This document shows positions 21,224 to 31,109 of a DNA stretch of 64,000 nucleotides, piece by piece. The stretch spans positions 149,552-213,551 of the forward strand of contig CAZYTL010000001.1 in assembly GCA_964650355.1 (NCBI GenBank), read 5' to 3'. A program made the position numbers and the translations under genes. The first letter of the stretch is position 1. Every line of letters starts with the position of its first letter. The notes beneath the pieces are model-generated. The model made no database searches and was not told the origin of the DNA. It saw only the letters and a list, made by a program, of their open reading frames with translations. The stretch is from an uncultured Gammaproteobacteria bacterium. GTDB taxonomy: Bacteria; Patescibacteriota; Microgenomatia; CAYXHB01; CAZYTL01.

Positions 21224-22492
21224 ATGGACCAAATATTGTTTATTCTTCTCTGCACTTACTTGATTTTACTGCCTTTTGGCCAATTGCCTCGTTTCCCCAC
21301 TAACTGGATTGGTGTAACTATTCATCCGGCCGACTTTATTGTAGGCTTAATCTGGTTGGTTTGGCTAGCTGGATTTTTAATCCAAAAAAAGAGGAGCAGG
21401 ATCATCACGCCTCTTCATCGGCCTTTGGCCGTCTTTCCCTTGGTTGCCCTCTTGTCACTGCTAGTATCAGCTTTGGGGACTCCGTTGTCGGAAACTCTGG
21501 TTGCCGGACTATATTTACTCCGTTGGGTAGCTTATGCAGGATTGTTCCTGGTCACTCTCAAACTGGCTCCAATTAAACCTTATCGCCACAGCCTTCACCA
21601 ATTGCTCATCATCAGTATCACTTCTTTGGCGGTTTTTGGGCTCGTCCAATATTTTATCTATCCTGACTTAAGATCCTTATTTTATGTGGGTTGGGACGAA
21701 CATTACTATCGGCTGACTAGTACTTTTCTGGACCCGGGATTCACCGGCGTCGTATTGCTCATGGGTCTCATTACTCTCTTGTCGACTGGGTCCAAATCTC
21801 TTTTATACAAGAGATTTGGTGGAATCAATTCTCAAAAGCTGTTCATCAAATGGCTGTTGATTATCGTAACTTATGTGGCCTTAGCTTTAACTTACTCTAG
21901 AGCTACCTATGTGGCTTTAACCGGCTCAATCACAGTCTTGGCCTGGATAAAACGTTCTTGGAAAATTATTGCCCTAGGCATAGTTATCATCGTGGCTACC
22001 TGGTGGCTGCTTCCCAGACCAGCCGGAGAAGGGGGCAACCTGGCTCGCACGTCCACCATTAATTATCGCTTCACTAACTGGCAACAAGCCTGGCAAGTAT
22101 TTATAGATCACCCGATATTAGGAGTGGGCTTTAATCGTTATCGGTATATCCAAAGAGATTACGGATTTCTCCCCCCTGAAAAATGGACGGTTTCTCATTC
22201 CGCCTCCGGAGTAGACAACAGCTGGTTGTTTGTACTAACCACCACCGGCCTTGTGGGTTTCGCTACTTATATCTGGTTGTGGGTGTCGGCCTTCAAGTCC
22301 GTCTGGCCATTAGTAAACAAAAGTCAACCAAAAAACGGAAAGCCGAAAAAAAGCCACCGCCAGTTGCCAATATTTTTAGTCTTGATCGCCCTTCTCATCC
22401 ATTCTCAATTTCACAACACATTATTTTATCCGCCGGTCATGGCTGTTATGTGGATACTCCTCGGTCTGTCTCTAGAGTTGACAGAAAATTGA
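21224..22492 (+). CDS. Wzy_C-family membrane protein (O-antigen ligase / O-oligosaccharyltransferase-like)
   Basis: 422 aa polytopic membrane protein with Wzy_C-like loop. Confidence 0.55.
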   Translation: MDQILFILLCTYLILLPFGQLPRFPTNWIGVTIHPADFIVGLIWLVWLAGFLIQKKRSRIITPLHRPLAVFPLVALLSLLVSALGTPLSETLVAGLYLLRWVAYAGLFLVTLKLAPIKPYRHSLHQLLIISITSLAVFGLVQYFIYPDLRSLFYVGWDEHYYRLTSTFLDPGFTGVVLLMGLITLLSTGSKSLLYKRFGGINSQKLFIKWLLIIVTYVALALTYSRATYVALTGSITVLAWIKRSWKIIALGIVIIVATWWLLPRPAGEGGNLARTSTINYRFTNWQQAWQVFIDHPILGVGFNRYRYIQRDYGFLPPEKWTVSHSASGVDNSWLFVLTTTGLVGFATYIWLWVSAFKSVWPLVNKSQPKNGKPKKSHRQLPIFLVLIALLIHSQFHNTLFYPPVMAVMWILLGLSLELTEN

Positions 22493-22829
22493 ATAACCAA
22501 TACACCGGTCCAATTTTTAAGAGTCCACCTTTTATTCTTACTAATTTTGTTTCTCAAAACAAGAATTGATTTTAGTTCAACCGTATATAGACTGAAACCA
22601 GAAAAGACTAAGATGGAAAAATTGACTTTGAACAAAGCGAAACTTGGAGGGCTCATAGAAAGATTCAAATCAACATACTGGTTTGTCCTCGGTTCAAGAA
22701 TCATCCACCCTCCAACAGAACTGGTGAAAAGAGCAGGATTATTAGATGAATGGCATAGAATGCCACCCGTAGATCAACGAATAGTAATTGTCCCTCCAAA
22801 CGCCAAAGAGCAAAATTAACAAATCAAAG

Positions 22830-23561
22830 CTATGGATTATAAGTAACCTTCACTTCCTCTACGGTTTCATTGCCGGATTCATCACTAGCTACCACTCTAA
22901 TTACATTTTCTCCATCCTGTAGTTCAATAAAAGTATAGAAAGTCCCGTTTTGATCCACAATTACAGATCTGTCGTTAACTTTGACCCGGGCATCCTCATC
23001 CGTCGTGCCTCTAACCTCGACTCGTTTCTGCTCGCTACCATAAAATTTATTGCCTGTTTGGGGTTTTTCCAGAGACAGATTGGGCGGTTTATTATCATAT
23101 ACCACCAGTTCTCTCTGAGACTCCGCGCTTGTATTTTGCGCTTCATCTTTAGCCATCGCTGAGAACCAATTATAGCCCGAATCTAATTCGACGTTTGAAG
23201 CCAAAAACTTTCCATCAGCATCAGCGGTAACCTTTTTGACCGAATGTTGATTCAAAAATATTTCCACCTCCGCTCCTGGTTCAGAAAAACCCATTAGATT
23301 CATGGTAGCGCTATTTGTAGCCGTGAACGGAATTTCCATCCTGGGCGGAGCAGGAGGAACCTGATCATCTGCCACTACCGTAGTGTCTCCGGACTTCCAG
23401 TCACCATACATAACCGCAATCTTAATAAATAAAGGCAAACCCCAAAAATACAAACCGGCCAATACCAAACCGGTCAAAAACATCCAAAAAACAGCCTGCC
23501 GCCACTGACTTTGCTGTTTTTTCCTCTCCAATCGTGACTGATACTGCCTTCTAGAAACCAT
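22830..23561 (-). CDS. membrane-anchored Ig-like domain protein
   Basis: N-terminal TM then beta-rich repeats. Confidence 0.3.
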   Translation of the reverse strand: MVSRRQYQSRLERKKQQSQWRQAVFWMFLTGLVLAGLYFWGLPLFIKIAVMYGDWKSGDTTVVADDQVPPAPPRMEIPFTATNSATMNLMGFSEPGAEVEIFLNQHSVKKVTADADGKFLASNVELDSGYNWFSAMAKDEAQNTSAESQRELVVYDNKPPNLSLEKPQTGNKFYGSEQKRVEVRGTTDEDARVKVNDRSVIVDQNGTFYTFIELQDGENVIRVVASDESGNETVEEVKVTYNP

Positions 23562-23624
23562 AATCCATTACTTAAGTGTAACACCTTGAGAAAAATAGTT
23601 ACAGGTTAACAGTGAGCCAGGAGT

Positions 23625-23696
23625 GGGATTCGAACCCACGACCCACGGTTTACGATACCGTTGCTCTACCCCTGAGCTACCCTGGCACAGGCTTAT
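23625..23696 (-). tRNA. tRNA-Thr (anticodon CGU)
   Basis: hand-folded cloverleaf: 7-bp acceptor, D-arm GCUC/GAGC, anticodon loop AUCGUAA, T-loop GTTCGAATC; CCA not encoded. Confidence 0.85.
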
Positions 23697-23769
23697 TTTA
23701 CCAGAGTGTACAATTCAAATATACAAAAATATTTAAAAACGTTTATACTTAATCACAAATATCCTGGTT

Positions 23770-24087
23770 ATGATTACTTTTGACGAGTTCAAGAAAGTTG
23801 AATTACAAGTGGCCACCATTACCGGAGTGGAAAAGGTAGCCGGCTCCAATAAATTACTCAAGCTCCAGATTGACCTGGGCGACGAGACTCGCCAATTACT
23901 GGCCGGATTGGCCGAATATTACTCGCCTGAAGAACTTATAAACACTCAAATCGTGGTGGTCGCCAATTTAGAACCCAAAAAACTCATGGGCTTGGAAAGC
24001 CAGGGCATGCTATTGGCGGCCAATGGAGATACTCCTCAATTACTCAGACCCGCTCAACCTGTCCCGGCAGGAACTCAAGTATTTTAA
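23770..24087 (+). CDS. tRNA-binding domain protein (CsaA/Trbp111-like)
   Basis: EMAP/Myf-like OB-fold sequence (FKKVELQVATI...LLAANGD). Confidence 0.65.
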   Translation: MITFDEFKKVELQVATITGVEKVAGSNKLLKLQIDLGDETRQLLAGLAEYYSPEELINTQIVVVANLEPKKLMGLESQGMLLAANGDTPQLLRPAQPVPAGTQVF

Positions 24088-24129
24088 TCAACTGCTGTTA
24101 ATTTTCACTTCAGGTAAGGTGACGACTCT

Positions 24130-25620
24130 GTGATTAATTCTTCCTTGTTAACTAGCAGACATGGTAGACTGATAATAACCATGTCCGAATTAAAGCCTCC
24201 TGCTGCCGCACCCCGACCCAAACCCGCTTTTATTCCACAACCTGCCAAACCGGAAAAACCAATCACCTTTCCTTCAGCGTGGAAACCTTCTTTCAACCCG
24301 TCTCCTTCTCAAGTCCCCAGTAGAAAAAGAATCATTATCGTTTTAAGCGCTATTTTTTTTCTTATCATAATTGCCACTTTGGTCACCTCTTTATTCAAAA
24401 AACCTGCCAAACCACCGATCACCGTTCCGAATCCACCCAGAACTAGTCCTCCTCCAGCCACCATCACCCCTGAAATCACGCCTCAAGTTACCAACTTGCC
24501 AACCAAAAGCCCCACTCCCACTATTGAAGTCACTACCACTAGCTGGAATACCTTTAACAGCCAACAAGGAGGCTTTTATTTTTCCTACCCTCAGGACTTA
24601 TCCACTCCGCCTTCTACCAACGTATTTCAAGAATTGCAACCGATTATTTATGAAGACAGCTACTACTTTGACTGCCTAAACCGCCAGTTAGGTACTGCCA
24701 ACCCTTACGCTTGTTGGCTAATCAACATTGATTTTAGTACCGCAGATGCCAGCAGTTTGCTTGCCGGTCCTCCCCAATACTACCAGTTACCAGATCTTAA
24801 TCAGACCGAAATCTCATCTTATGCCGACAAGTTGGGACGCACATGGACTTTACGTGGACCTGACGCTTCCTTTGGTCATTCCGTCCTTTATGCTCAATTA
24901 GCCCAGAATCAAGTAGTTTATCAACTTAAGACCCAAATGGTCACCCGCAGCATGCAGGACTACTTGCGTAACCATCCCCATAATCCCTTTGGCTTTGACC
25001 TGGATACCAGTGCCACTGAAGCGGATGCGGTTAAATTCCATCAGTTATTAGTTCAAGAACTGCTTTCCAATTTTAAAGTCTTTCGCAAACCATTTATCAC
25101 TGAGCCTCGTTGGCTCCAAGTCAGAGTAAGCAATAACTGGAGTGTGGCCTACCCGGAAAATTGGCAGCTTTACAAACCAACGGATCGCCAACTGCTACCG
25201 GATGACGAAGGCTTGTTCGAAGGCTGGTATGGTAGCGGCGAGTCTATTAGCTTTCACCGCTATGCTGTACATTTAGCCACTCCTAACTTATCTCAATACC
25301 CAGCTTCTGCACGGCAGTCGCAAACGGCTTGGAAAGACTACCTCATTAGCATGCTCACTAGCGACCAAGCTCAACAAGTCAGTGAACAACTAGTCAATAA
25401 AAGATACAGAGAAGGCCCGGTAATGCTCTTAAATTATCCTGATCTGACCAACTTCCACACCGACGCTGCCTTGCCTGACAGCCCGGTACATTTAGCATTA
25501 ATCTGGAAAACGGACAAATTGCCTATTCGCATGATCACCATCAAACAACTTGACGGACTGTACGAATCAGACAGCATGGCCAGAGTACTAGAAAAATTCA
25601 CCAAACTCCTGTTCGAGTAA
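24130..25620 (+). CDS. Pro/Thr-rich membrane-anchored hypothetical protein
   Basis: TM helix after Pro-rich N-terminus, PT linker. Confidence 0.3.
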   Translation: MINSSLLTSRHGRLIITMSELKPPAAAPRPKPAFIPQPAKPEKPITFPSAWKPSFNPSPSQVPSRKRIIIVLSAIFFLIIIATLVTSLFKKPAKPPITVPNPPRTSPPPATITPEITPQVTNLPTKSPTPTIEVTTTSWNTFNSQQGGFYFSYPQDLSTPPSTNVFQELQPIIYEDSYYFDCLNRQLGTANPYACWLINIDFSTADASSLLAGPPQYYQLPDLNQTEISSYADKLGRTWTLRGPDASFGHSVLYAQLAQNQVVYQLKTQMVTRSMQDYLRNHPHNPFGFDLDTSATEADAVKFHQLLVQELLSNFKVFRKPFITEPRWLQVRVSNNWSVAYPENWQLYKPTDRQLLPDDEGLFEGWYGSGESISFHRYAVHLATPNLSQYPASARQSQTAWKDYLISMLTSDQAQQVSEQLVNKRYREGPVMLLNYPDLTNFHTDAALPDSPVHLALIWKTDKLPIRMITIKQLDGLYESDSMARVLEKFTKLLFE

Positions 25621-25654
25621 TCGAAGAAACAACTGCGTTTCACTACTACGAGTT

Positions 25655-26719
25655 ATGACAACTGACCTTGATGCATTTTTAGATGCCATAGTTAAAGCCC
25701 ATTCAGAGATGGATATCACTCAATGTTGGCCTGCTCACCCGGCCCAGATCGAAGCTTCAATCAGTGACCTGATTGCTATGCGTCTCTTTCACAAGTATCA
25801 ACAAAATAAATCAAAATTTTTTCAGGCACTCAATCACGTACGGATTGACTCGGTGAGAACATACTTGTACCAAGCTGGTTTGGTAGGACTAAAAGTAGCC
25901 CGGGTACATCCTAAATTAGGTCATAAAATAACTATCAAAGACACAGAGAATTACCTGCTGAATGCTCTGAAGGCTCTTCAAAAAAGAATCCACAGCGACG
26001 TCTTATGTCGGGACAAAAAGAATTTATTATCCTCGGCAGAACAAATACGAAACCTGATTCAAAAACAATTTGTTACCAAACTGTCCGCTGTTGATCAAAG
26101 GGAAATTGCCAACCTCAACGTTACCGCAGAGAGCCTCTCTTGGGCGATGTTTTATGATATGTATCGCTCCGGCGGGTTTGTCATCCATGGACCATACGAA
26201 ACTTCGGAAGGTAAACTTTTGGTGAGAGAAAATACAGATTTAAATCCTCCTTTTTGGCCATTTAAGTCCGAATATCAAAACTTAAAAATTTTTCTTCTTT
26301 ATGATCAAGACATCGAAATTTCTTGCGATTTTGCTAATCATTTTACTTACCGGAAACCTATTTTATATAAATTAAAAGCCTATCGAATAGAAAACAATGG
26401 CCGGGTTATTGACTCTTTAACAAGAATCCTGGAGTTGACTCATGTCTTGGAAAAATATCGTTCACAACACGTCAAACATATTGAGTCACTCAGCCCTTCA
26501 CAGATAATTAGTAAGGGGGCAGAGATCAGCGCTTATCTGTTTAAAAATCTCTGGGAGTACTATGATGAAGATTGGCACCCTAGCCAAGAGACATATCATA
26601 GAATTGACACGGACGGACTTAAATATTGGCAAGAATACCAAGCGTTAAAAGATCAAAAAGAAAGACCTCCGGAGTATTATCGTCGACTATATGACCCCCG
26701 AAACGATTTCATTGGCTAG
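25655..26719 (+). CDS. hypothetical protein
   Basis: 354-aa ORF. Confidence 0.3.
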   Translation: MTTDLDAFLDAIVKAHSEMDITQCWPAHPAQIEASISDLIAMRLFHKYQQNKSKFFQALNHVRIDSVRTYLYQAGLVGLKVARVHPKLGHKITIKDTENYLLNALKALQKRIHSDVLCRDKKNLLSSAEQIRNLIQKQFVTKLSAVDQREIANLNVTAESLSWAMFYDMYRSGGFVIHGPYETSEGKLLVRENTDLNPPFWPFKSEYQNLKIFLLYDQDIEISCDFANHFTYRKPILYKLKAYRIENNGRVIDSLTRILELTHVLEKYRSQHVKHIESLSPSQIISKGAEISAYLFKNLWEYYDEDWHPSQETYHRIDTDGLKYWQEYQALKDQKERPPEYYRRLYDPRNDFIG

Positions 26720-26768
26720 AAGAAAATTAAGCGGGTCTTTCTCTACCAGTAGTTAAAACTCCTGCCCC

Positions 26769-28151
26769 TTACCCGAAAATTTGTTGCGCCCGGATAGCTA
26801 AACCTGCTGCCACAGCAGTAAAACTTTCACCTACCACTACCTTATTTTTACCAAACATGTCAGTCAGCAGCTTCAGGAATAGAGGAATACTGGAAGATCC
26901 ACCAGTAGTAATCACCTCATCTATCTGAGCAGGGGAAAAACGTGCCTGACCAAGCACCTGATTAATGCAATCGCGAGTCTCCTCCACATAACCCTGAATC
27001 ATGTTTTCAAAGGCTGCTCTGCTCAGATTTTCCTTGATCTCATAACTCTTACCAGAAAAAGCAATGTCTTCCTGATCATGAAAAGACAGGCCGATTTTTG
27101 CCCGATCGATTTCCTGATATAAAGAGAAGCCCCGGTCACTTAAGATCAATTCTTTTAAAGCTTCAATCGGCTGAGGATCATCAGCCAGACCGATCAAGTT
27201 GTCCAGAGATTGAAGACTTTTCATGGTTTTTAATTGCGACATGGCATACCAATTATTCATGGCTGATAGTAAATGGCTGGGAATCGCTCCCTTACCCTGC
27301 ATAAAAGTAGTTTGAGAACCGAAATATTTGGCTAACTTCTCTTGAAAAATTTTCGAATTTAGCAAATCGCCTCCGACCGCTAGACCGCCCACCGCTAAAA
27401 TTTCCTTTTCCGGCAGTCGCATAATGCAGATATCCAAAGTGCCGCCGCCAAAATCGAAAATTAACAAATTGGATCTTTTCGCTATATCCAGACTGAAATT
27501 CAAGGCCGCTCCTACAGGTTCATATTCAAACTCCACTCGTTTAAAGCCGACTTCCTGGGCTACCGTCTTCATCCTGGCCAAAGCCACCGCTTCGTGCGCA
27601 GATTTTCCCACATAGCGAATCGGTCGCCCCAGAACCACCTGGTCAAAGTCAGTACCAGTGGCTTGTTCTGCTCTGATCTTTATGTCATGCAGGATGATGC
27701 TCAACAACTGTTCGATTGAATATCGCGTTTGGTTAACCTCCTCACCATCGTAAAAAGAAATTTCGGTTCCTTGAAAATGCTCGTGCGCCAACACTGTTTT
27801 CAGTGCCTGAATCAGCCTGCCTCGGCCACTGGTGTCCACTTCTACAATCTCCGGCACCATTTTCGTGCCCGCAAACCCGGATATACCGGCTTCTTTAATC
27901 ATTCTAATCATTCTTCCAGTAGCAGCCCGTACCGGTGGCTTATCCGGCAAATTGTTAATGTCCGCCAAATATCTGTCAATTGCCTGTTTACCCACAGCCA
28001 GGCGTTTAAAGGGATTGATATACACATTGGACCTTAAGATTTGGGGATTTTGATTGGCAGGATCAATTTCCAACACCAATGGCCGGCCATTTTCCATCAC
28101 GGCGCAACTGCTGTTGGTGGTGCCAAAATCGATGCCGCAATAATTATTCAT
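26769..28151 (-). CDS. Hsp70-family ATPase, NBD-only (YegD-like)
   Basis: GIDFGTTNSSCAV and C-terminal TGGSSSIP motifs; 460 aa, no substrate-binding domain. Confidence 0.65.
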   Translation of the reverse strand: MNNYCGIDFGTTNSSCAVMENGRPLVLEIDPANQNPQILRSNVYINPFKRLAVGKQAIDRYLADINNLPDKPPVRAATGRMIRMIKEAGISGFAGTKMVPEIVEVDTSGRGRLIQALKTVLAHEHFQGTEISFYDGEEVNQTRYSIEQLLSIILHDIKIRAEQATGTDFDQVVLGRPIRYVGKSAHEAVALARMKTVAQEVGFKRVEFEYEPVGAALNFSLDIAKRSNLLIFDFGGGTLDICIMRLPEKEILAVGGLAVGGDLLNSKIFQEKLAKYFGSQTTFMQGKGAIPSHLLSAMNNWYAMSQLKTMKSLQSLDNLIGLADDPQPIEALKELILSDRGFSLYQEIDRAKIGLSFHDQEDIAFSGKSYEIKENLSRAAFENMIQGYVEETRDCINQVLGQARFSPAQIDEVITTGGSSSIPLFLKLLTDMFGKNKVVVGESFTAVAAGLAIRAQQIFG

Positions 28152-28167
28152 AGGTTTTTGTAGGCAT

Positions 28168-28198
28168 TAAAAAAGGCGGGTGCCTAGGCACCCGCCTT
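28168..28198. promoter_or_regulatory. 10-bp perfect palindromic GC hairpin flanked by A6/T tracts in divergent intergenic region
   Basis: AAAAAAGGCGGGTGCC-TA-GGCACCCGCCTT; on the minus RNA it is hairpin+U6 about 20 nt before the Hsp70 AUG. Confidence 0.4.
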
Positions 28199-28387
28199 GA
28201 TTTCCAACCCAAGGTTACATCTCATAATTAAACTCGTCTACAGTAATGATGTTTATCATAACAAATACATCAACACCCGTCAAATTTTCCCTCCAGGTGC
28301 TACAATTATCACATCCGCGGGACCCAGCTTTAACTGTAGGGTTCATCCGAGATACATTGTCATTATCAACAATTAAATTTAAAGTCC

Positions 28388-29176
28388 ATGCGCAAATATT
28401 GGTACGTTATAAAAATTTCCCTCATTGAACAAGCCATTTACCCCGTGGCTTTCTTTATCGATTTACTCGGAAACATTTTAATCTTATGTTTATTTTATTT
28501 TTTCCTGACAGCCTTGTTTGCCTCTAGGGCCGAAATCGTTGATCTGTCAAAACCAGAAATAATCACCTACTATGTTTTGACCCTTGTAATCCGGCCTCTT
28601 ACAGTTAGCGGAGGAACAGCAAGAACCATCACCAAAGCCGTAAAAAGAGGTGAACTATCAATGTTCTTAATCAAACCGATTAATTTCAATTTTTACCAAT
28701 TCTGTACCCTATATGTTAAAAAAGTTTTCAGCATTGTCTTACCGGTCAGCGCTCTAATTATTAGTTTCTGGTTATTACCACGTTGGATAATAAAACCGCA
28801 AGCTTGGGAATGGTTCATAACCTCACTCATACTAGCCACGCTGCTAAACTATTTCCTATATTCAATAATTGGTTCCATTGCCTTTTGGACCATAAATACC
28901 TGGGGAATTATCTCTATCTACGGTCGCTTCTCAGACGTGCTTAGCGGAGCGCTATTTCCATTAGATTTCTTGCCGTCTTGGGCATTGAATATAAGTAGTT
29001 ATCTACCTTTTAAATTTATGCATTCCGCAGTAATTAATATATATCTCGGCAGGATTCCAGCGAATGAATTATGGCTATCTATAATTAACCAAGCGGTATG
29101 GGTAGGGGTGCTTTATTTAATTTATCAATTCGTATGGCGAAAGGGGACACAAAAATATGATGCCGTCGGCAATTAA
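28388..29176 (+). CDS. ABC-2 family transporter permease
   Basis: 262 aa, 6 TM. Confidence 0.5.
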   Translation: MRKYWYVIKISLIEQAIYPVAFFIDLLGNILILCLFYFFLTALFASRAEIVDLSKPEIITYYVLTLVIRPLTVSGGTARTITKAVKRGELSMFLIKPINFNFYQFCTLYVKKVFSIVLPVSALIISFWLLPRWIIKPQAWEWFITSLILATLLNYFLYSIIGSIAFWTINTWGIISIYGRFSDVLSGALFPLDFLPSWALNISSYLPFKFMHSAVINIYLGRIPANELWLSIINQAVWVGVLYLIYQFVWRKGTQKYDAVGN

Positions 29177-29954
29177 ACATTTTCGTTATTGGAAATTACG
29201 ATCCAAAGTTCAAATGATGCATTTCATGGAATATAGAGCCGATCTGCTGATGGGCATTCTCGGTACCTATGGATATAGTTTCGCCAAGCTGACGTTCTTG
29301 GGGGTGTTGTTTACTCAAGTAAATAGTTTGGCCGGGTGGAATTTTTATGAAATGCTCTTGTTATACGCGATTGCTGAACTCATTGTTTATCTACACTATA
29401 GTTTTTTTGGTCCCATAGTCGTACTCTCTGAAGCCGTCTTAAGTGGAGAATTGGATCGATATTTACTCAAACCCTTAAGTGCATTTTTCACTCTCAGTTT
29501 TGATGATTTTCGTTTACTAGAAACCCTACCTTCATTTCTAATTCCCGTAGGAATAATTTGGATATCGAATCCCCACCTCAACTTATTATGGTGGCCCAAC
29601 GGCCCGATTGCCCTTTTAGTATTTGTGATCAGCTTAATAATTTATTTCTTGTTTAAGGCAATTTTAGGTCTGCTTTCATTTTGGATTCTTGACGTTAATC
29701 CCTTGATAAATTTTTATGAGAATCTGTCCGACTTCGAAAAGTATCCTTTGGATATCTTCCCTAAATTTCTTCGTAGTATTTTTCTTACTATCATTCCTAT
29801 TGGTTTAGTCGCTTACGTGCCCACTGTCTTCTTCATCCGCGGATTTCAACTCGATCTATTCCTTTGTCAACTTTTCGGTTTGGGAATTTTTACTACCCTG
29901 ACCAAAATCCTCTGGACTAAAGGTTTACAAAACTACTCCTCAGCTAGCAGCTGA
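29157..29954 (+). CDS. ABC-2 family transporter permease
   Basis: 265 aa, 6 TM; overlaps previous gene. Confidence 0.5.
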   Translation: MMPSAIKHFRYWKLRSKVQMMHFMEYRADLLMGILGTYGYSFAKLTFLGVLFTQVNSLAGWNFYEMLLLYAIAELIVYLHYSFFGPIVVLSEAVLSGELDRYLLKPLSAFFTLSFDDFRLLETLPSFLIPVGIIWISNPHLNLLWWPNGPIALLVFVISLIIYFLFKAILGLLSFWILDVNPLINFYENLSDFEKYPLDIFPKFLRSIFLTIIPIGLVAYVPTVFFIRGFQLDLFLCQLFGLGIFTTLTKILWTKGLQNYSSASS

Positions 29955-29965
29955 TTGGTTACCCC

Positions 29966-30982
29966 TTGGTGACCAACCCTCCTTTATATATAATTCCAAT
30001 TATGGAACCCACCATCAAAGTCAATCATCTGGTCAAGCAATTCAAGGTGCATAAAAAGGAAGAAGGACTTCGTGGCAGCCTCAAGGCCTTATTCAAACGC
30101 GAATACAAAATCGTCGAAGCCGTCAATGACATTAACTTCCACATTAATCAGGGGGAACTGGTTGGATTTATCGGCCCCAACGGCGCCGGCAAAACCACTA
30201 CTCTTAAAACGTTATCCGGCCTGCTTTATCCCACTTCAGGAGAGGTTCACGTTCTCGGATTTACTCCTTACGAACGCAAACATGAATTTCTCAAGCAAAT
30301 CAGCCTGGTCATGGGGCAAAAAAACCAATTGTTCTGGGATCTACCAGCCATCGAGACCTTCAATCTTAACAAAGAAATTTACGAAGTTTCTGATAGCCGC
30401 TATAAAAAGGTGCTTAAGGACCTGATTGACATGCTGGACGTCAAAGACATCATTCACCAGCAGGTGCGCAAACTCAGCCTGGGCCAACGCATGAAATGTG
30501 AACTGATCGCTTCTCTGATTCATACCCCAAAGGTCCTGTTTTTGGACGAACCCACCATCGGCTTAGACGTGGTCATGCAAAAGAAAATGCGGCAATTTAT
30601 CAAAGAATACAACCAAACCTATGAATCTACCATTATCCTTACCAGCCACTATATGGGCGACGTGCAGGAACTGTGCAAACGGATTATCATCATCGATCAT
30701 GGCCACTTGGGATATGACGGTCGGCTGGAAAGCTTGGTTAAAAAGTACGCCAAAAACAAAACTATCACCCTGGTATTTACTGAGGAGATATCTAAAGACA
30801 AACTTAAAGCCTACGGCAAAATCACCCATTATGATCCTCTAAAGGTTACTTTCTCTATTCCCAGATCCAAAGTCAGCGATCTGGCCAGCGAGATGCTTAA
30901 AAAACTTCCGGTCGACGACGTGGATATTGCCGAAACCCCCATTGAAGAGATCATCCGTCAAGTATTCGAAAACTCCAACTGA
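29966..30982 (+). CDS. ABC transporter ATP-binding protein
   Basis: Walker A GPNGAGKTT, signature LSLGQRMK, Walker B LFLDEPT. Confidence 0.85.
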   Translation: MVTNPPLYIIPIMEPTIKVNHLVKQFKVHKKEEGLRGSLKALFKREYKIVEAVNDINFHINQGELVGFIGPNGAGKTTTLKTLSGLLYPTSGEVHVLGFTPYERKHEFLKQISLVMGQKNQLFWDLPAIETFNLNKEIYEVSDSRYKKVLKDLIDMLDVKDIIHQQVRKLSLGQRMKCELIASLIHTPKVLFLDEPTIGLDVVMQKKMRQFIKEYNQTYESTIILTSHYMGDVQELCKRIIIIDHGHLGYDGRLESLVKKYAKNKTITLVFTEEISKDKLKAYGKITHYDPLKVTFSIPRSKVSDLASEMLKKLPVDDVDIAETPIEEIIRQVFENSN

Positions 30983-31011
30983 TTCAAGTAAGTAGTAACT
31001 AAACATTATAT

Positions 31012-31049
31012 AGCAACTTGTAGGGGTTTTGTCAAGTTGCTAGTTTTGA
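31012..31049 (+). terminator. putative intrinsic terminator of the ABC operon
   Basis: AGCAACTTG-12 nt loop-CAAGTTGCT followed by AGTTTTG. Confidence 0.4.
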
Positions 31050-31056
31050 GCCTGAG

Positions 31057-31108
31057 TGCTACAATAAAAGCCTAGTAGCTACCAAAAATCAATTTTTGAA
31101 GCTACTAG
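31057..31108 (+). promoter_or_regulatory. int promoter (TGcTACAAT extended -10) plus 37-bp palindrome abutting the int ATG
   Basis: TGCTACAAT at 31057-31065; palindrome CTAGTAGCTACCAAAAAT-CA-ATTTTTGAAGCTACTAG at 31072-31108; ATG at 31110. Confidence 0.4.
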
Positions 31109-31109
31109 C

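Noticed and set aside
28168-28198. Host-side copy of the phage promoter-hairpin cassette before the Hsp70-like gene
   Set aside because: A hairpin + U-tract is present, but there is no TGTTATAAT/TATAAT at the expected spacing upstream and the stem sequence is unrelated. It is treated as an ordinary palindrome/terminator.
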